Positions 1 to 9,258 of a stretch of 64,000 nucleotides of DNA are shown here, one piece after another. Made by a program: the position numbers and the translations under genes. The DNA lies in the NCBI GenBank assembly GCA_019310525.1, contig JAFDEE010000004.1:8828-72827 (forward strand), written 5' to 3'. Positions within the stretch are counted from its first letter, which is position 1; every line of letters begins with the position of its first letter. Source of the stretch: Deltaproteobacteria bacterium. GTDB lineage: Bacteria; Desulfobacterota; DSM-4660; Desulfatiglandales; HGW-15. Below the pieces are notes generated by a model. The model searched no databases, was not told the origin of the DNA, and saw only the letters and a program-made list of their open reading frames with translations.

Positions 1-963
1 GTTCATCAGGATTTCGGCAGAGTAAGACAGAGAATAGCCACCGAAGGCCACGACGAGATTGCTGTCCATAAGGATCTTGAAAACCTTCCTCAACCAAGGA
101 CCCAGGCGGGCCTCCCTGCGGCTGCGGATCCCCTGGATCTCCTGTACAACCTGCTTGATCATCCAGTTGGGTGTGGAGGCCCCGGCCGTGACTCCCACCA
201 CCTCCATGGATGCCAGCCTTTCTCTGTCCAGTTCCTCGGCCTTCTCGATGTGAAAGGTACGGAGGCCTGCGCCTTCGGATACCTGGACCAGTCTCTGGGT
301 ATTGCCGCTGTGGTACCCTCCGACGACCACGACGCAATCCACGTGGCCGGAAAAAGATTTCACTTCTTGCTGACGGTTATGGGTCGCATCACAGATGGTG
401 TCGAAGATGACGGCCTTGGGATACCTGGCTCTCACGGCCTCCTGTATTTCCCTGTAAACTTGGGCGTCCTGGGTGGTCTGGGCCACGACAAGGAGTTTTT
501 CCGTCTCGGGTAGGGTCGCTACCTCCTCGGGGCGGCCGATCACATGGGCCTTGCCCTCCGCATAACCCTGAAGGCCGATGACTTCTGGATGGTCCTGGTC
601 CCCGACGATTACAGCCGTAAATCCTTTTCGGGTATGGGATCGAATAATGGCCTGGACCCTGGCCACCCTGGGGCAGGTGGCGTCCAGGATTCGAAGGCCG
701 CTGGAGCGGAGAATCTCCCTTTCCCCGGGAGGAATTCCGTGGGCACGGATCACCATTGTCCCCTTTTTCCCCTGGATCTCCCGGATGTCTTCTATCGGGA
801 TGACGCCCTTGGATTTCAAGAGGTCGATCACCTGGGAGTTGTGGATGAGGGGGCCGTAAGTATAGATAGGTCCATCACCCTTGTTGGCCTCGTTTAGGAC
901 AAGGTCCATGGCGCGGTGGACGCCCATGCAGAAGCCGGCGGTCTTTGCCAGTTTTACTTTCAA
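1..963 (-). CDS. ispH: 4-hydroxy-3-methylbut-2-enyl diphosphate reductase (IspH/LytB); 3' end runs off the window, with an unusually long hydrophobic C-terminal tail
   Basis: Absent from the ORF track because it is open at the window edge. Manual reverse translation from TTG at 963 gives LKVKLAKTAGFCMGVHRAMD..GPLIHNSQV..DATCPRV..VVAQTTQ..ICDATHNRQ..GGYHSGNTQRL..TAGASTPNW (IspH three-Cys signature). The TTG overlaps the dus stop codon (TTGA). Confidence 0.8.
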   Translation of the reverse strand, partial: MKVKLAKTAGFCMGVHRAMDLVLNEANKGDGPIYTYGPLIHNSQVIDLLKSKGVIPIEDIREIQGKKGTMVIRAHGIPPGEREILRSSGLRILDATCPRVARVQAIIRSHTRKGFTAVIVGDQDHPEVIGLQGYAEGKAHVIGRPEEVATLPETEKLLVVAQTTQDAQVYREIQEAVRARYPKAVIFDTICDATHNRQQEVKSFSGHVDCVVVVGGYHSGNTQRLVQVSEGAGLRTFHIEKAEELDRERLASMEVVGVTAGASTPNWMIKQVVQEIQGIRSRREARLGPWLRKVFKILMDSNLVVAFGGYSLSYSAEILMN

Positions 964-1937
964 GCGGCCTGATCCTCCAGGGTTTCAAAATACTCGTCAA
1001 GGGTTTGGATGAGGGTCTCGAGATCCCCGATCCGGGTGATTCGCCCCCGGAATCGGCTGCTGTGGGGAAGCCCCTTGGTATACCAGAGGAGAAGCCCCCG
1101 CATGGCCCGGGCAGCGCGATATTCTCCAAGGGATTCCGCCAGGAGGTTGAAATGCTCCAAGATCAGGGCCTTGCGCTCGGAAAAGGTTGGTTCGGGGATG
1201 GAAAGATCCCGCTCAAGGCAGAGTATTTGTTTGAAAATCCATGGGTTTCCTACGGCTCCACGACCTATCATGACCCCGTCGCACCCGGTCTCCTTCCGCA
1301 TCCTCAAGGCCGCAGCGGGCTCAAAGACATCCCCGTTCCCGATGACGGGGATGTTCAAGACCGTCTTGATTTCTCCGATGATGTTCCATTCGGCGTGAAG
1401 AGAAAAACCCTGAGTGGCATAACGGGGATGAACGGTCAGGGCATCTGCGCCGCAATCCTGGACAATTTTGGCGATCTCGAGGTAGGAGGGTTCGGAAGGA
1501 CTCCAGCCTGCACGGATCTTGACAGTCAAGGGTACGGAGCAGCTGAGCCTGACGCGGGAAAGAATCGATTCCACCCTCTTGGGATCCCGCAACAGGGCCG
1601 CTCCTGCTCCTGTCCGGGTCACCTTTTTCACCGGGCAACCCATATTGATATCCACGACAGAGGCCCCCGCATCAATGACTATTCGAGCGGCCGTGGCCAT
1701 GATCTCGGGATGGGATCCAAAGATCTGTACGGCCAGAGGCCCTTCGGCGGGATGGCTCTTCAGGTAGCGGAAGGTGCTTTCCTGCCCCCGTGTGAGCCCG
1801 GTGGCACTGACCATTTCCGTGGTGACCAATCCCGCCCCCATTTTCTTGACCATGAGGCGAAAGGGGAGGGAGGTGATACCGGCCATCGGGGCCATGAGGA
1901 GCCAATTGTCTAATTGGAGGGTGCCGATCTTGAGCAT
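960..1937 (-). CDS. dus: tRNA-dihydrouridine synthase (Dus family, DusB-like)
   Basis: 325-aa ORF with LMAPMAGITSLPFRLM, DINMGCPVKKV and KIRAGW motifs typical of FMN-dependent Dus enzymes. Confidence 0.9.
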   Translation of the reverse strand: MLKIGTLQLDNWLLMAPMAGITSLPFRLMVKKMGAGLVTTEMVSATGLTRGQESTFRYLKSHPAEGPLAVQIFGSHPEIMATAARIVIDAGASVVDINMGCPVKKVTRTGAGAALLRDPKRVESILSRVRLSCSVPLTVKIRAGWSPSEPSYLEIAKIVQDCGADALTVHPRYATQGFSLHAEWNIIGEIKTVLNIPVIGNGDVFEPAAALRMRKETGCDGVMIGRGAVGNPWIFKQILCLERDLSIPEPTFSERKALILEHFNLLAESLGEYRAARAMRGLLLWYTKGLPHSSRFRGRITRIGDLETLIQTLDEYFETLEDQAA

Positions 1938-2025
1938 GGTGGCATATTAGAGAATTTTCGGGGGGTTGACAAGGGCGCATACAGGAAAGGGGCTTGGTGG
2001 TTCCCGGAGAATGTGAAGAAGGCGG

Positions 2026-2054
2026 TTGTACTGCAGGGTGGCATGAGCTATCAT
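2026..2054 (+). promoter_or_regulatory. possible sigma70 promoter (TTGTAC-17-TATCAT) for the 144-aa gene
   Basis: Hexamers read directly, with a 17-nt spacer, about 100 nt upstream of the ATG at 2155. Confidence 0.3.
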
Positions 2055-2154
2055 TTTTTTAGAAACTTTTTCCGGGGCAGGTAAGGGGGCGTATGCGGAA
2101 GAGAGGACACTTCCTGCTTTCCGGGCCGACGAGAGATCACGAGGAGGGCGTTGA

Positions 2155-2589
2155 ATGACAAAAGAAGACAAGGGCCATTTCGCCAAAAAACATGAGGAAA
2201 ATCAGGCGCTTGATCGGAAGATCCTCGAGGCGATCCGGGAGAGGGCCGTGGACGATGATCTTCCCTGTGCCGTTGCTTTTTCCATAGCGGAAGACCTGGA
2301 TGTCTCTCCAGCCGAGGTGGGCAGGGCGGTGGATATCGTTGAAAAGCATATCATCAAGTGCCAGCTGGGGCTTTTCGGGTACGGCCCCCGGAAGAGCTTG
2401 CTGTCTCCGCCTGAGTCCATTGATCCAGAGCTTTCCGAGGCCATCCACCAGGCCTTGGTGGACGGCCGTCTTCCCTGCCGGGCCGCGTGGGATATCGCAA
2501 AAAGGCTGGGAATTCGAAAGATGGCCGTATCTTCCGCCTGCGAGGGGCTCGGTATCAAGATTTCCCGATGCCAACTGGGTGCCTTCTGA
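2155..2589 (+). CDS. hypothetical protein made of two tandem ~55-aa repeats, each with LPC...CQLG(L/A)F (four Cys in total)
   Basis: 144-aa ORF with a strong RBS (GAGGAGGG). Internal repeat: LPCAVAFSIAEDLDVSPAEVGRAVDIVEKHIIKCQLGLF versus LPCRAAWDIAKRLGIRKMAVSSACEGLGIKISRCQLGAF. Confidence 0.6.
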   Translation: MTKEDKGHFAKKHEENQALDRKILEAIRERAVDDDLPCAVAFSIAEDLDVSPAEVGRAVDIVEKHIIKCQLGLFGYGPRKSLLSPPESIDPELSEAIHQALVDGRLPCRAAWDIAKRLGIRKMAVSSACEGLGIKISRCQLGAF

Positions 2590-2696
2590 GCCTGGAACTG
2601 CAAGAGGTCGATCACAAAGCAGGCAAGGCCCTTGAGAACCAATGGGAGGGGGCAGGCCGGGGGGAGATGCCGCTGCGCGATTTTTCGTGAAGAGTT

Positions 2697-3626
2697 TCAG
2701 CCGCCAAGAAAGAGATCCGTACTGATGTAACGCTCACCGGTGCTCGGGAGTATCACCACGATCTGCTTGTCCCGGTTTTCGGGTCTTGCCGCCACTTTCA
2801 GGGCAGCGGCCACCGCGGCCCCGGAGGAAATCCCGCAAAGGATACCTTCTTTTTTGGAGAGGTCCCGGGCCGTCTCGAAAGATTCCTCATCGGAGACCGT
2901 TATGATCTCGTCAAGGATCCGGGTGTTGAGGACCGGGGGAATGAATCCGGCCCCGATCCCCTGGATCTTGTGGGGGCCCGGTTTCCCTCCGGAGAGAACG
3001 GGGGAGCTGGCGGGTTCCACGGCCACGGCCTTAAATTCGGGTTTGCGTTCCTTTATTACCTCCGATACCCCGGTAATCGTTCCTCCGGTTCCCACCCCGG
3101 CCACCAGGATATCCACCGCGCCCCCGGTATCCCGCCAGATCTCTTCAGCCGTGCTCCGCCGGTGAACGGCGGGATTGGCCGGGTTGCTGAACTGGTTGGG
3201 CATGAAGGCGCCGGGGGTCTCATCAAGTATTTCTTGGGCCCTTTGGATCGCCCCCTTCATACCTTGCTCCGCCGGGGTGAGGACCAGGTCCGCCCCAAGG
3301 TGTCGGAGCAGTTTTCGCCGCTCAAGGCTCATGCTCTCAGGCATGGTCAGCACGAGCCGGTACCCTTTCGCGGCACAGACGAAGGCAAGGGCTATCCCGG
3401 TATTGCCGCTGGTGGGTTCCACGATCAAGGTTTTCTCGTTGATGGAACCCTGCCTCTCCGCAGCCTCGATCATGGCCGCCCCGATGCGGTCCTTGACACT
3501 GCCCAGCGGATTCATGAATTCTAATTTTGCAAGGATCGAGGCCGGAAGGCCCTTCCCTATCCGGTTCAATCGGACCAACTGTGTCGATCCTATGGTCTGG
3601 ATGATGTCATTGAAAATGCCAGGCAT
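2697..3626 (-). CDS. cysK: cysteine synthase A (O-acetylserine sulfhydrylase)
   Basis: 309 aa with [13 protein letters not shown] (PLP lysine), [10 protein letters not shown] and GTGGTITG motifs. Confidence 0.92.
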   Translation of the reverse strand: MPGIFNDIIQTIGSTQLVRLNRIGKGLPASILAKLEFMNPLGSVKDRIGAAMIEAAERQGSINEKTLIVEPTSGNTGIALAFVCAAKGYRLVLTMPESMSLERRKLLRHLGADLVLTPAEQGMKGAIQRAQEILDETPGAFMPNQFSNPANPAVHRRSTAEEIWRDTGGAVDILVAGVGTGGTITGVSEVIKERKPEFKAVAVEPASSPVLSGGKPGPHKIQGIGAGFIPPVLNTRILDEIITVSDEESFETARDLSKKEGILCGISSGAAVAAALKVAARPENRDKQIVVILPSTGERYISTDLFLGG

Positions 3627-3629
3627 CTC

Positions 3630-4622
3630 TCAGCCCTCCCTCTTTTTCGGCATCCTGGAAACCTTTTTTTCCACGGCCCCTTTCATGATCAATTCGGGTT
3701 TTTTCAAGAAGACCCGGGTATCCGGGGGCACCGACTCGGTGATCCACACGTTTCCTCCGATCACGCACCGGGCCCCGATAACCGTTTCTCCTCCGAGGAT
3801 CGTGGCCCCGGAGTAAATGACAACGTCGTCTTCGATGGTGGGGTGGCGCTTTTGGTTCCGTAAACTTTCCAGGGCGTCCCTGGGGAGGGAAAGGGCCCCG
3901 AGGGTCACTCCTTGGTAGATCCTTACCCGGTTTCCGATCTCGGCGGTCTCTCCGATGACGACACCGGTCCCATGGTCGATGAAGAAACTCTCCCCGATTC
4001 GGGCACCTGGATGGATGTCGATCCCTGTAAGCCCGTGGGCGTATTCTGTCATCATTCGAGGGATGAGGGGTATATTCTGCTCATAGAGCAGATGGGCGAT
4101 CCGGTAAACCGTGATGGCAAAGAGGCCTGGATAGCTGAAGATGACCTCGTCGTGACTGCGGGCGGCCGGATCCCCTTCCCGGGCCGCTACGACGTCTTTT
4201 CCGAGTAAGGAACGGAGGTTGGGCATTTCCCGGATAAAATCTATGGCGGCTTCATGGCCCCGGTCCAGGCATTGGCTGCACGGTTGGTTGTACCGGAGAC
4301 ACTCGTGGCGGATGGAAAGGGTGATCTGTTCCGCAAGGGACTCATAAAAGGTGGAGACCTCCTGCCCGTAATAGTAACCGAAATTGACCTTGTCCACCCG
4401 CTCCCTCGTAAAGTATCCAGGAAAGAGTATTTGGCGGGCCCTTTTGATGAGAGCGACTATGGCCTCCCTGGAAGGAAGGGGTTCCGGACTCACGTGGTCG
4501 AAGCATTCCTTCCGGTCGCAGGAACGCACCAGTCGGTCCACAAGCTCCGGGAGCTCTTTTCGGAACCGTTCCGTGTTCAACACATCCGTCTTGCATCGAT
4601 CTTCTTTTAGCACGTCTTCCAT
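3630..4622 (-). CDS. cysE: serine O-acetyltransferase, long form
   Basis: 330 aa with a hexapeptide-repeat core (IDIHPGARIGESFFIDHGTGVVIGETAEIG). It ends 3 nt before the cysK start. Confidence 0.9.
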   Translation of the reverse strand: MEDVLKEDRCKTDVLNTERFRKELPELVDRLVRSCDRKECFDHVSPEPLPSREAIVALIKRARQILFPGYFTRERVDKVNFGYYYGQEVSTFYESLAEQITLSIRHECLRYNQPCSQCLDRGHEAAIDFIREMPNLRSLLGKDVVAAREGDPAARSHDEVIFSYPGLFAITVYRIAHLLYEQNIPLIPRMMTEYAHGLTGIDIHPGARIGESFFIDHGTGVVIGETAEIGNRVRIYQGVTLGALSLPRDALESLRNQKRHPTIEDDVVIYSGATILGGETVIGARCVIGGNVWITESVPPDTRVFLKKPELIMKGAVEKKVSRMPKKREG

Positions 4623-4685
4623 GGTTCAAGTTCTTTCTTTTTCCCGCCTCGGGCGGACCCATAGGAGAGAACCGGCCAAAGCCGC

Positions 4686-5870
4686 CTAAGTGCCTGAGGC
4701 GCAGGCCTGGCCTTCAGGCTTCCAGAAGGGTGAATAGCTCCGGAGTTTTTCTATGATCGGAGGAACTTTTTCCAGCACGAAATCAATCTCCTCCTCAGTG
4801 TTGTAAATACTCAGGCTGAAGCGGATGGAGCCGTGGGCCATGGTAAAGGGGACGCCCATGGCCCGGAGCACATGGGAGGGCTGCAGGGAGCCGGAGGTGC
4901 AGGCGGACCCGGAGGAGGCGCAGATCCCATGTTCATCCATGAGCAGCAGAATGGCTTCTCCTTCAACGAATTCGAAGCTGATATTGGAGGTATTGGGCAG
5001 GCGTTCCGCCCCCGCCCCGTTGACCCTGGTATTCGGGACCAGGGAGAGGATTCCGGTTTCCAGCTTGTCCCGGAGGGCCTTCACCCGCGTGTTTTCCTTC
5101 TCCATGTTCTCGGCCGCCATCTCACATGCCTTTCCCAGCCCGATGATGCCGGCCGTGTTCTCCGTACCTCCCCTGCGGCCTCTTTCCTGGTGTCCTCCGA
5201 TCAGGAAGGGCGAGAATCTGGTGCCCGTTCTCACGTAAAGCACACCGATCCCCTTGGGGGCGTGAAGCTTGTGCCCGGATATGGAAAGCATGTCGATGGC
5301 ACTGTTGCTCAGATCGATCGGAATCTTCCCCACGGCCTGGACAGCGTCCGTGTGGAAGAGAATCTTCCTTTCTTTGGCCATCCGGGCGGCCTCTTCAACG
5401 GGAAAAATGACTCCTGTTTCATTGTTGGCCCACATGAGAGTGACGAGTGCCGTATCCCGGGTGAGGCTCACCCGGTACTGGTCCATGTCCAGCCGACCTT
5501 CCCGGTCAACGGGGATCTCCGTGACCTTGTATCCTTGTTTTTCAAGGTAGTGACAGAGTGACCTGACGGCGGGGTGTTCCACCCTGCTTGTCACGATATG
5601 CCTTTTTTCCTTCTCCGTACGCAGGGCCGAGAGGATGGCCGTGTTGTCACTCTCGGAACCGCAACTGGTGAAGATGATCTCTTCGGGCCGGGCTCCCAAC
5701 AAGTCGGCCACCTGTTCCCTGGCTTTGCGGAGTTTTGCCGCCACCTGTCCGCCGAAAGTGTGGGCACTGGAGGGGTTACCGTAATATTCGTTGAAATAGG
5801 GCAACATGGCCTCAAGTACTTCGGGGGAAACCTGGGTGGTGGCGTTGTTGTCCAGGTAGATCGTTCTCAT
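4686..5870 (-). CDS. nifS: cysteine desulfurase NifS
   Basis: 394 aa with IYLDNNATT, SGHKLHAPKGIG (PLP lysine) and SSGSACTSG (active-site Cys). Confidence 0.9.
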   Translation of the reverse strand: MRTIYLDNNATTQVSPEVLEAMLPYFNEYYGNPSSAHTFGGQVAAKLRKAREQVADLLGARPEEIIFTSCGSESDNTAILSALRTEKEKRHIVTSRVEHPAVRSLCHYLEKQGYKVTEIPVDREGRLDMDQYRVSLTRDTALVTLMWANNETGVIFPVEEAARMAKERKILFHTDAVQAVGKIPIDLSNSAIDMLSISGHKLHAPKGIGVLYVRTGTRFSPFLIGGHQERGRRGGTENTAGIIGLGKACEMAAENMEKENTRVKALRDKLETGILSLVPNTRVNGAGAERLPNTSNISFEFVEGEAILLLMDEHGICASSGSACTSGSLQPSHVLRAMGVPFTMAHGSIRFSLSIYNTEEEIDFVLEKVPPIIEKLRSYSPFWKPEGQACASGT

Positions 5871-6691
5871 TCTGTCACCTCCTCTACGACCAGTTCAGGC
5901 CAGACCAGTTCTCTGAGTTTTTGTTCAACAAAGTTTTTCAGGGTCAGTTCAGAGGCCCTGCACGTGGCACAGGCTCCGCGGGTCGCGACCAGGACCCGGT
6001 TCCCGATCACATCCACGAGTTCGATGTCTCCCCCGTCGTTTTGGAGGGAGGGCCGGATCTCCCGCTCTATCGTCTCCTCGATCATCCGGATTTTCTGGAT
6101 GTTGGAAAGTTTCGGCCGGGTCACGCGTTTTTTCTCGGATCGGACCCGGGCGATGATCTCACGGATGGTATCGTGGCAGCCCTCGCATCCTCCCCCGGCC
6201 TTCGTGTAGTTCGTGACCTCCTCCACCGTGCTCAGGTTGTTTTCCCTTATTGCCCTCTCGATTTCCAGATCCGTCACCCCGAAACACTCGCAGACGATTT
6301 CCCCTTCCTGTTCCTTGACCGGCTGGCCCCGGTAATCGGCAAGGGCATGTTCCAGGGCCTGTCGGCCGAGAACTGAGCAGTGCATCTTCTCCTTGGGAAG
6401 CCCCCCGAGATAGTCCACGATATCCTGGTTGGTGATCTTTTCCGCCTCCTCGATCGTTTTTCCTTTCAACATCTCGGTGAGGGCGGAGGCGGAAGCGATG
6501 GCGCTGGCGCACCCGAAGGTCTGGAACTTGGCCTCCTGTATCTTTCCGTTCTCATCCACCTTCAGCATGAGCTTCAGGGCGTCCCCGCAGGCCATGGAGC
6601 CCACCTCACCGACGGCGTTGGCATCCTCCATCTCCCCGGCGTTTTGCGGGTTGAGAAAGTGTTCCTTGACTTTGTCCGAGTATTCCCACAT
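5867..6691 (-). CDS. nifU: Fe-S cluster assembly scaffold NifU (three-domain form)
   Basis: 274 aa with an IscU-like N-terminus (GSMACGDALKL, FGCASAIA), a central CEGC 2Fe-2S region and a C-terminal NifU domain (GACATC). It overlaps the nifS start by 4 nt. Confidence 0.9.
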   Translation of the reverse strand: MWEYSDKVKEHFLNPQNAGEMEDANAVGEVGSMACGDALKLMLKVDENGKIQEAKFQTFGCASAIASASALTEMLKGKTIEEAEKITNQDIVDYLGGLPKEKMHCSVLGRQALEHALADYRGQPVKEQEGEIVCECFGVTDLEIERAIRENNLSTVEEVTNYTKAGGGCEGCHDTIREIIARVRSEKKRVTRPKLSNIQKIRMIEETIEREIRPSLQNDGGDIELVDVIGNRVLVATRGACATCRASELTLKNFVEQKLRELVWPELVVEEVTE

Positions 6692-6811
6692 GATTTCTTC
6701 CTCCCGACTGGAAGCCCGACTGAAGGAATAGGTTCGAATCGGGGCTTAATAAGGACATGGACCGGCATTCTTTATTAATGAAAGGGCCCTTATCGACAAG
6801 TTTAATCATTA

Positions 6812-6832
6812 TTCCTATTTTGACAATAGGAA
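6812..6832. promoter_or_regulatory. perfect 8-5-8 palindrome TTCCTATT-TTGAC-AATAGGAA; candidate operator upstream of nifU-nifS-cysE-cysK
   Basis: Read directly. It lies 121-141 nt upstream of the nifU start in the divergent intergenic region. Confidence 0.35.
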
Positions 6833-7058
6833 ATATTGAATCCTAATCCTGGCACTCTCGATCATCGGTTATGAGACCATTCTGTGTTGGGGGCCGAAAG
6901 ATTTTTAGAACATTATACCAGGTGCAACTACTGAAGGGCGAAAATATTGACCGGAATGGATCCCGGGGATGATCCCGGAGGCTTCAGAATCTTGCAGGTT
7001 GTTGATAAACATAGTGAGCGAGGTAGTTTTAAACTGCCTGTTCAGAGGGGAAACAGAC

Positions 7059-8231
7059 ATGCCGATTTCAGGAAAGATGCAGAAGATCATCGAGACTTCA
7101 TCGAGTGTTACCAGGATGTTCGAAGAAGGGGCAAGGCTCAGGGCCCGGTATGGGCCGGACAGGGTCTACGATTTCACCCTGGGAAACCCGGCGGTTCCTC
7201 CTCCCCCCGAGTTCGGAGAGGTTCTCCGGAACCTGGTGAAAGAGGATTCCATCCCCCATGGCTACACCCCGACCGCCGGGCTTCTCCCGGTCCGAAGGGC
7301 CGTGGCTGAATACCTGAGTCGTGAGCAGGGAACGGAGATCCCGGCCGAAAACGTTGTCATGACCTCCGGAGCGGTCGGGGCCCTGAACGGCATCTTCACC
7401 GCCCTGATGGACCCCGGGGAGGAGATCTTGGTGCCGGCCCCTTATTTCGTGGCCTACACCCTCTACGTGATGAACATGGGGGCGGTCCTCCGCTCCGTGC
7501 CCACGGGAGGGAATTTTCACCTGGATCCCGGGGCCATGGAGGCGGCCATCACCGGGAAGACCAGGGCGGTTTTGGTCAATTCCCCCAATAATCCCTCGGG
7601 TGCGGTCTATTCCAGGGAGGAGTTGGAGCAACTCGGAGAAGTCCTGGATCGGGCCAGCAAGAGATACGGGAGGAGAATCTACCTGATCTCGGATGAACCG
7701 TACCGTAGGTTGGCCTTCGACTCCGAAGTGCCCTCCGTGCTAGAGTCCTATCCCCACACGATCCTGATTTCCTCATATTCCAAGCAGCTTTCCCTTGCCG
7801 GAGAAAGGATCGGATATCTTGCCGTTCACCCGGAGGCCGAGGACGCCGAACAGCTTGTCAAGGCAGCCGGGGTCATGAACGCCGTTCTTTACGTCAACGC
7901 ACCGAGCCTGTTCCAGAGGGTCGTGGCCGCCCTTCAGGGGGCGGTGGTGGACGTGGAGGCTTACAGGCGCCGCAGGGACCTCGTCTGCGAGGTGTTGGAG
8001 AGGGCCGGCTATACCTTCACCGTGCCTCAGGGGGGGTTTTTCATCTTCCCGGAGTCCCCGATCCCCGACGATATCACCTTTTGCCGGAGTCTCATGGAAG
8101 AGCGCATCCTGGTCTGCCCGGGAACGGATTTCGGCACCCCGGGTCATTTCCGCCTCTCCTTCGCCGTTCCGGAGAAGACCATCCTGGAGGCGGAGGAAGG
8201 ATTCAGGAGGGCCAGGGAAGAGATAGAATAG
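7059..8231 (+). CDS. class I/II PLP-dependent aminotransferase (aspartate/alanine aminotransferase-like)
   Basis: Within the 6969..8231 ORF. The start was moved to ATG 7059 (MPISGKMQKI...), which has an upstream RBS. Motifs: SPNNPSG and SYSKQLSLAGERIGY (PLP lysine). Confidence 0.85.
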   Translation: MPISGKMQKIIETSSSVTRMFEEGARLRARYGPDRVYDFTLGNPAVPPPPEFGEVLRNLVKEDSIPHGYTPTAGLLPVRRAVAEYLSREQGTEIPAENVVMTSGAVGALNGIFTALMDPGEEILVPAPYFVAYTLYVMNMGAVLRSVPTGGNFHLDPGAMEAAITGKTRAVLVNSPNNPSGAVYSREELEQLGEVLDRASKRYGRRIYLISDEPYRRLAFDSEVPSVLESYPHTILISSYSKQLSLAGERIGYLAVHPEAEDAEQLVKAAGVMNAVLYVNAPSLFQRVVAALQGAVVDVEAYRRRRDLVCEVLERAGYTFTVPQGGFFIFPESPIPDDITFCRSLMEERILVCPGTDFGTPGHFRLSFAVPEKTILEAEEGFRRAREEIE

Positions 8232-8239
8232 GGTGAAGC

Positions 8240-9130
8240 ATGAAAGAGCGGAAGGTTTCCCCCACGTGTATAGAGTGCCTCAGGAAAATGACCCGGGATA
8301 TGGCCGAGATGGCAGTTCCCGGGGATAAAGGCACCCTTTCCCGGGCAGAGGCCGCGGCCGAAAGGATTCTTCAGGAGGCTGTTAAAAGCGGAGATTGGTG
8401 CCCCCCGAGGATCGCGAACCGCATCCTTAGAGAACTCCGTGATTATACGGGAGTGGAGGATCCTTACGCAGCGTTCAAGTCCCTGGAAATGGCCAGGGCC
8501 CGTGAGACGATAGCCGTCCTGGAGGGACGGACGGGGTCTGATTTTCGCTCTCTCGTCTGCCTTTCCCTTCTGGGCAACAGCCTGGATTTTTTCTATGGAC
8601 CGGATACGGCCTTCGCCGGTATTCCGGAAGATCCGGGAAGTATTTCCTGTTACTATGATGACATCGGGCGCCTGGAATCCTTCCTCTCCTCCAGGCCCGA
8701 ACGGGTCCTCTTCCTCACGGACAACGCCGGGGAAATCTTCTTTGATCTCCCCCTCTATGACTATATCCGGGAACATGCCGGAGAGACGTTATTGCTGGTT
8801 AAGGGGGAACCTTCCCTGAACGACCTGACCCGTACCGAACTCCGGCATGCGGGCCTGGAGGGTCGATTCGACAAGGTGATGGATACCGGTATTGATGGGG
8901 TGGGGATCGACTGGGAATGCCTGCCGGGGAAAGTCCTGGAACTCTTCGACTCGGCGGACCTGGTCATTTCCAAGGGAATGGCCAACTTCGAAACCCTCTA
9001 TCCCCGGCTCCTGTCCACTCCCATCTTTTTTCTGTTCAAGGTCAAGTGCGAACCAATCCAGGACTATATCGGGGCCCCGAAGGGAAGTTATCTTGCTTTC
9101 TGGCGGGACGGAATTCCTTCGGTTCGTTGA
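8240..9130 (+). CDS. DUF89 / ARMT1-like damage-control phosphatase family protein
   Basis: 296 aa with an N-terminal CIECLRKM, LTDNAGEIFFD and ISKGMANFE motifs typical of DUF89. Confidence 0.75.
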   Translation: MKERKVSPTCIECLRKMTRDMAEMAVPGDKGTLSRAEAAAERILQEAVKSGDWCPPRIANRILRELRDYTGVEDPYAAFKSLEMARARETIAVLEGRTGSDFRSLVCLSLLGNSLDFFYGPDTAFAGIPEDPGSISCYYDDIGRLESFLSSRPERVLFLTDNAGEIFFDLPLYDYIREHAGETLLLVKGEPSLNDLTRTELRHAGLEGRFDKVMDTGIDGVGIDWECLPGKVLELFDSADLVISKGMANFETLYPRLLSTPIFFLFKVKCEPIQDYIGAPKGSYLAFWRDGIPSVR

Positions 9131-9258
9131 GCAAGCATCAATACTGCAGCTATTCAAATTTACCGGCCTGGTGTTTTCTGGCGACTTATCTGCGGGGGAA
9201 GCCGCAGCCCGGGGGGAGACCCGGAACGGAAGAAAAGGCGTCATTGGGTGCACCTTGA

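Noticed and set aside
6731-6740. GGTTCGAATC, a tRNA T-loop-like string upstream of nifU
   Set aside because: The flanking bases (ATAGG / GGGGC) cannot form a T-stem, and no acceptor or anticodon arms can be drawn. It is probably part of a small 5' UTR hairpin instead.
6850-6865. TGGCAC-N5-ATCAT resembling a sigma54 -24 element upstream of the aminotransferase gene
   Set aside because: The -12 element (TTGC) is missing. A single GG match is not enough.
6969-7058. N-terminal extensions of the longest ORFs. Besides this one, extensions occur at 17333-17533, 19687-19725, 21069-21221, 23378-23413, 24485-24568, 34008-34022, 38648-38716, 39869-39910, 41152-41211, 41920-41964, 44079-44156, 44248-44316, 47394-47657, 48556-48765, 51732-51803 and 56964-57239.
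   Set aside because: The extensions overlap upstream genes or intergenic DNA and lack an RBS. They precede internal starts that have good RBSs and match the family N-termini, so the shorter gene models were used.
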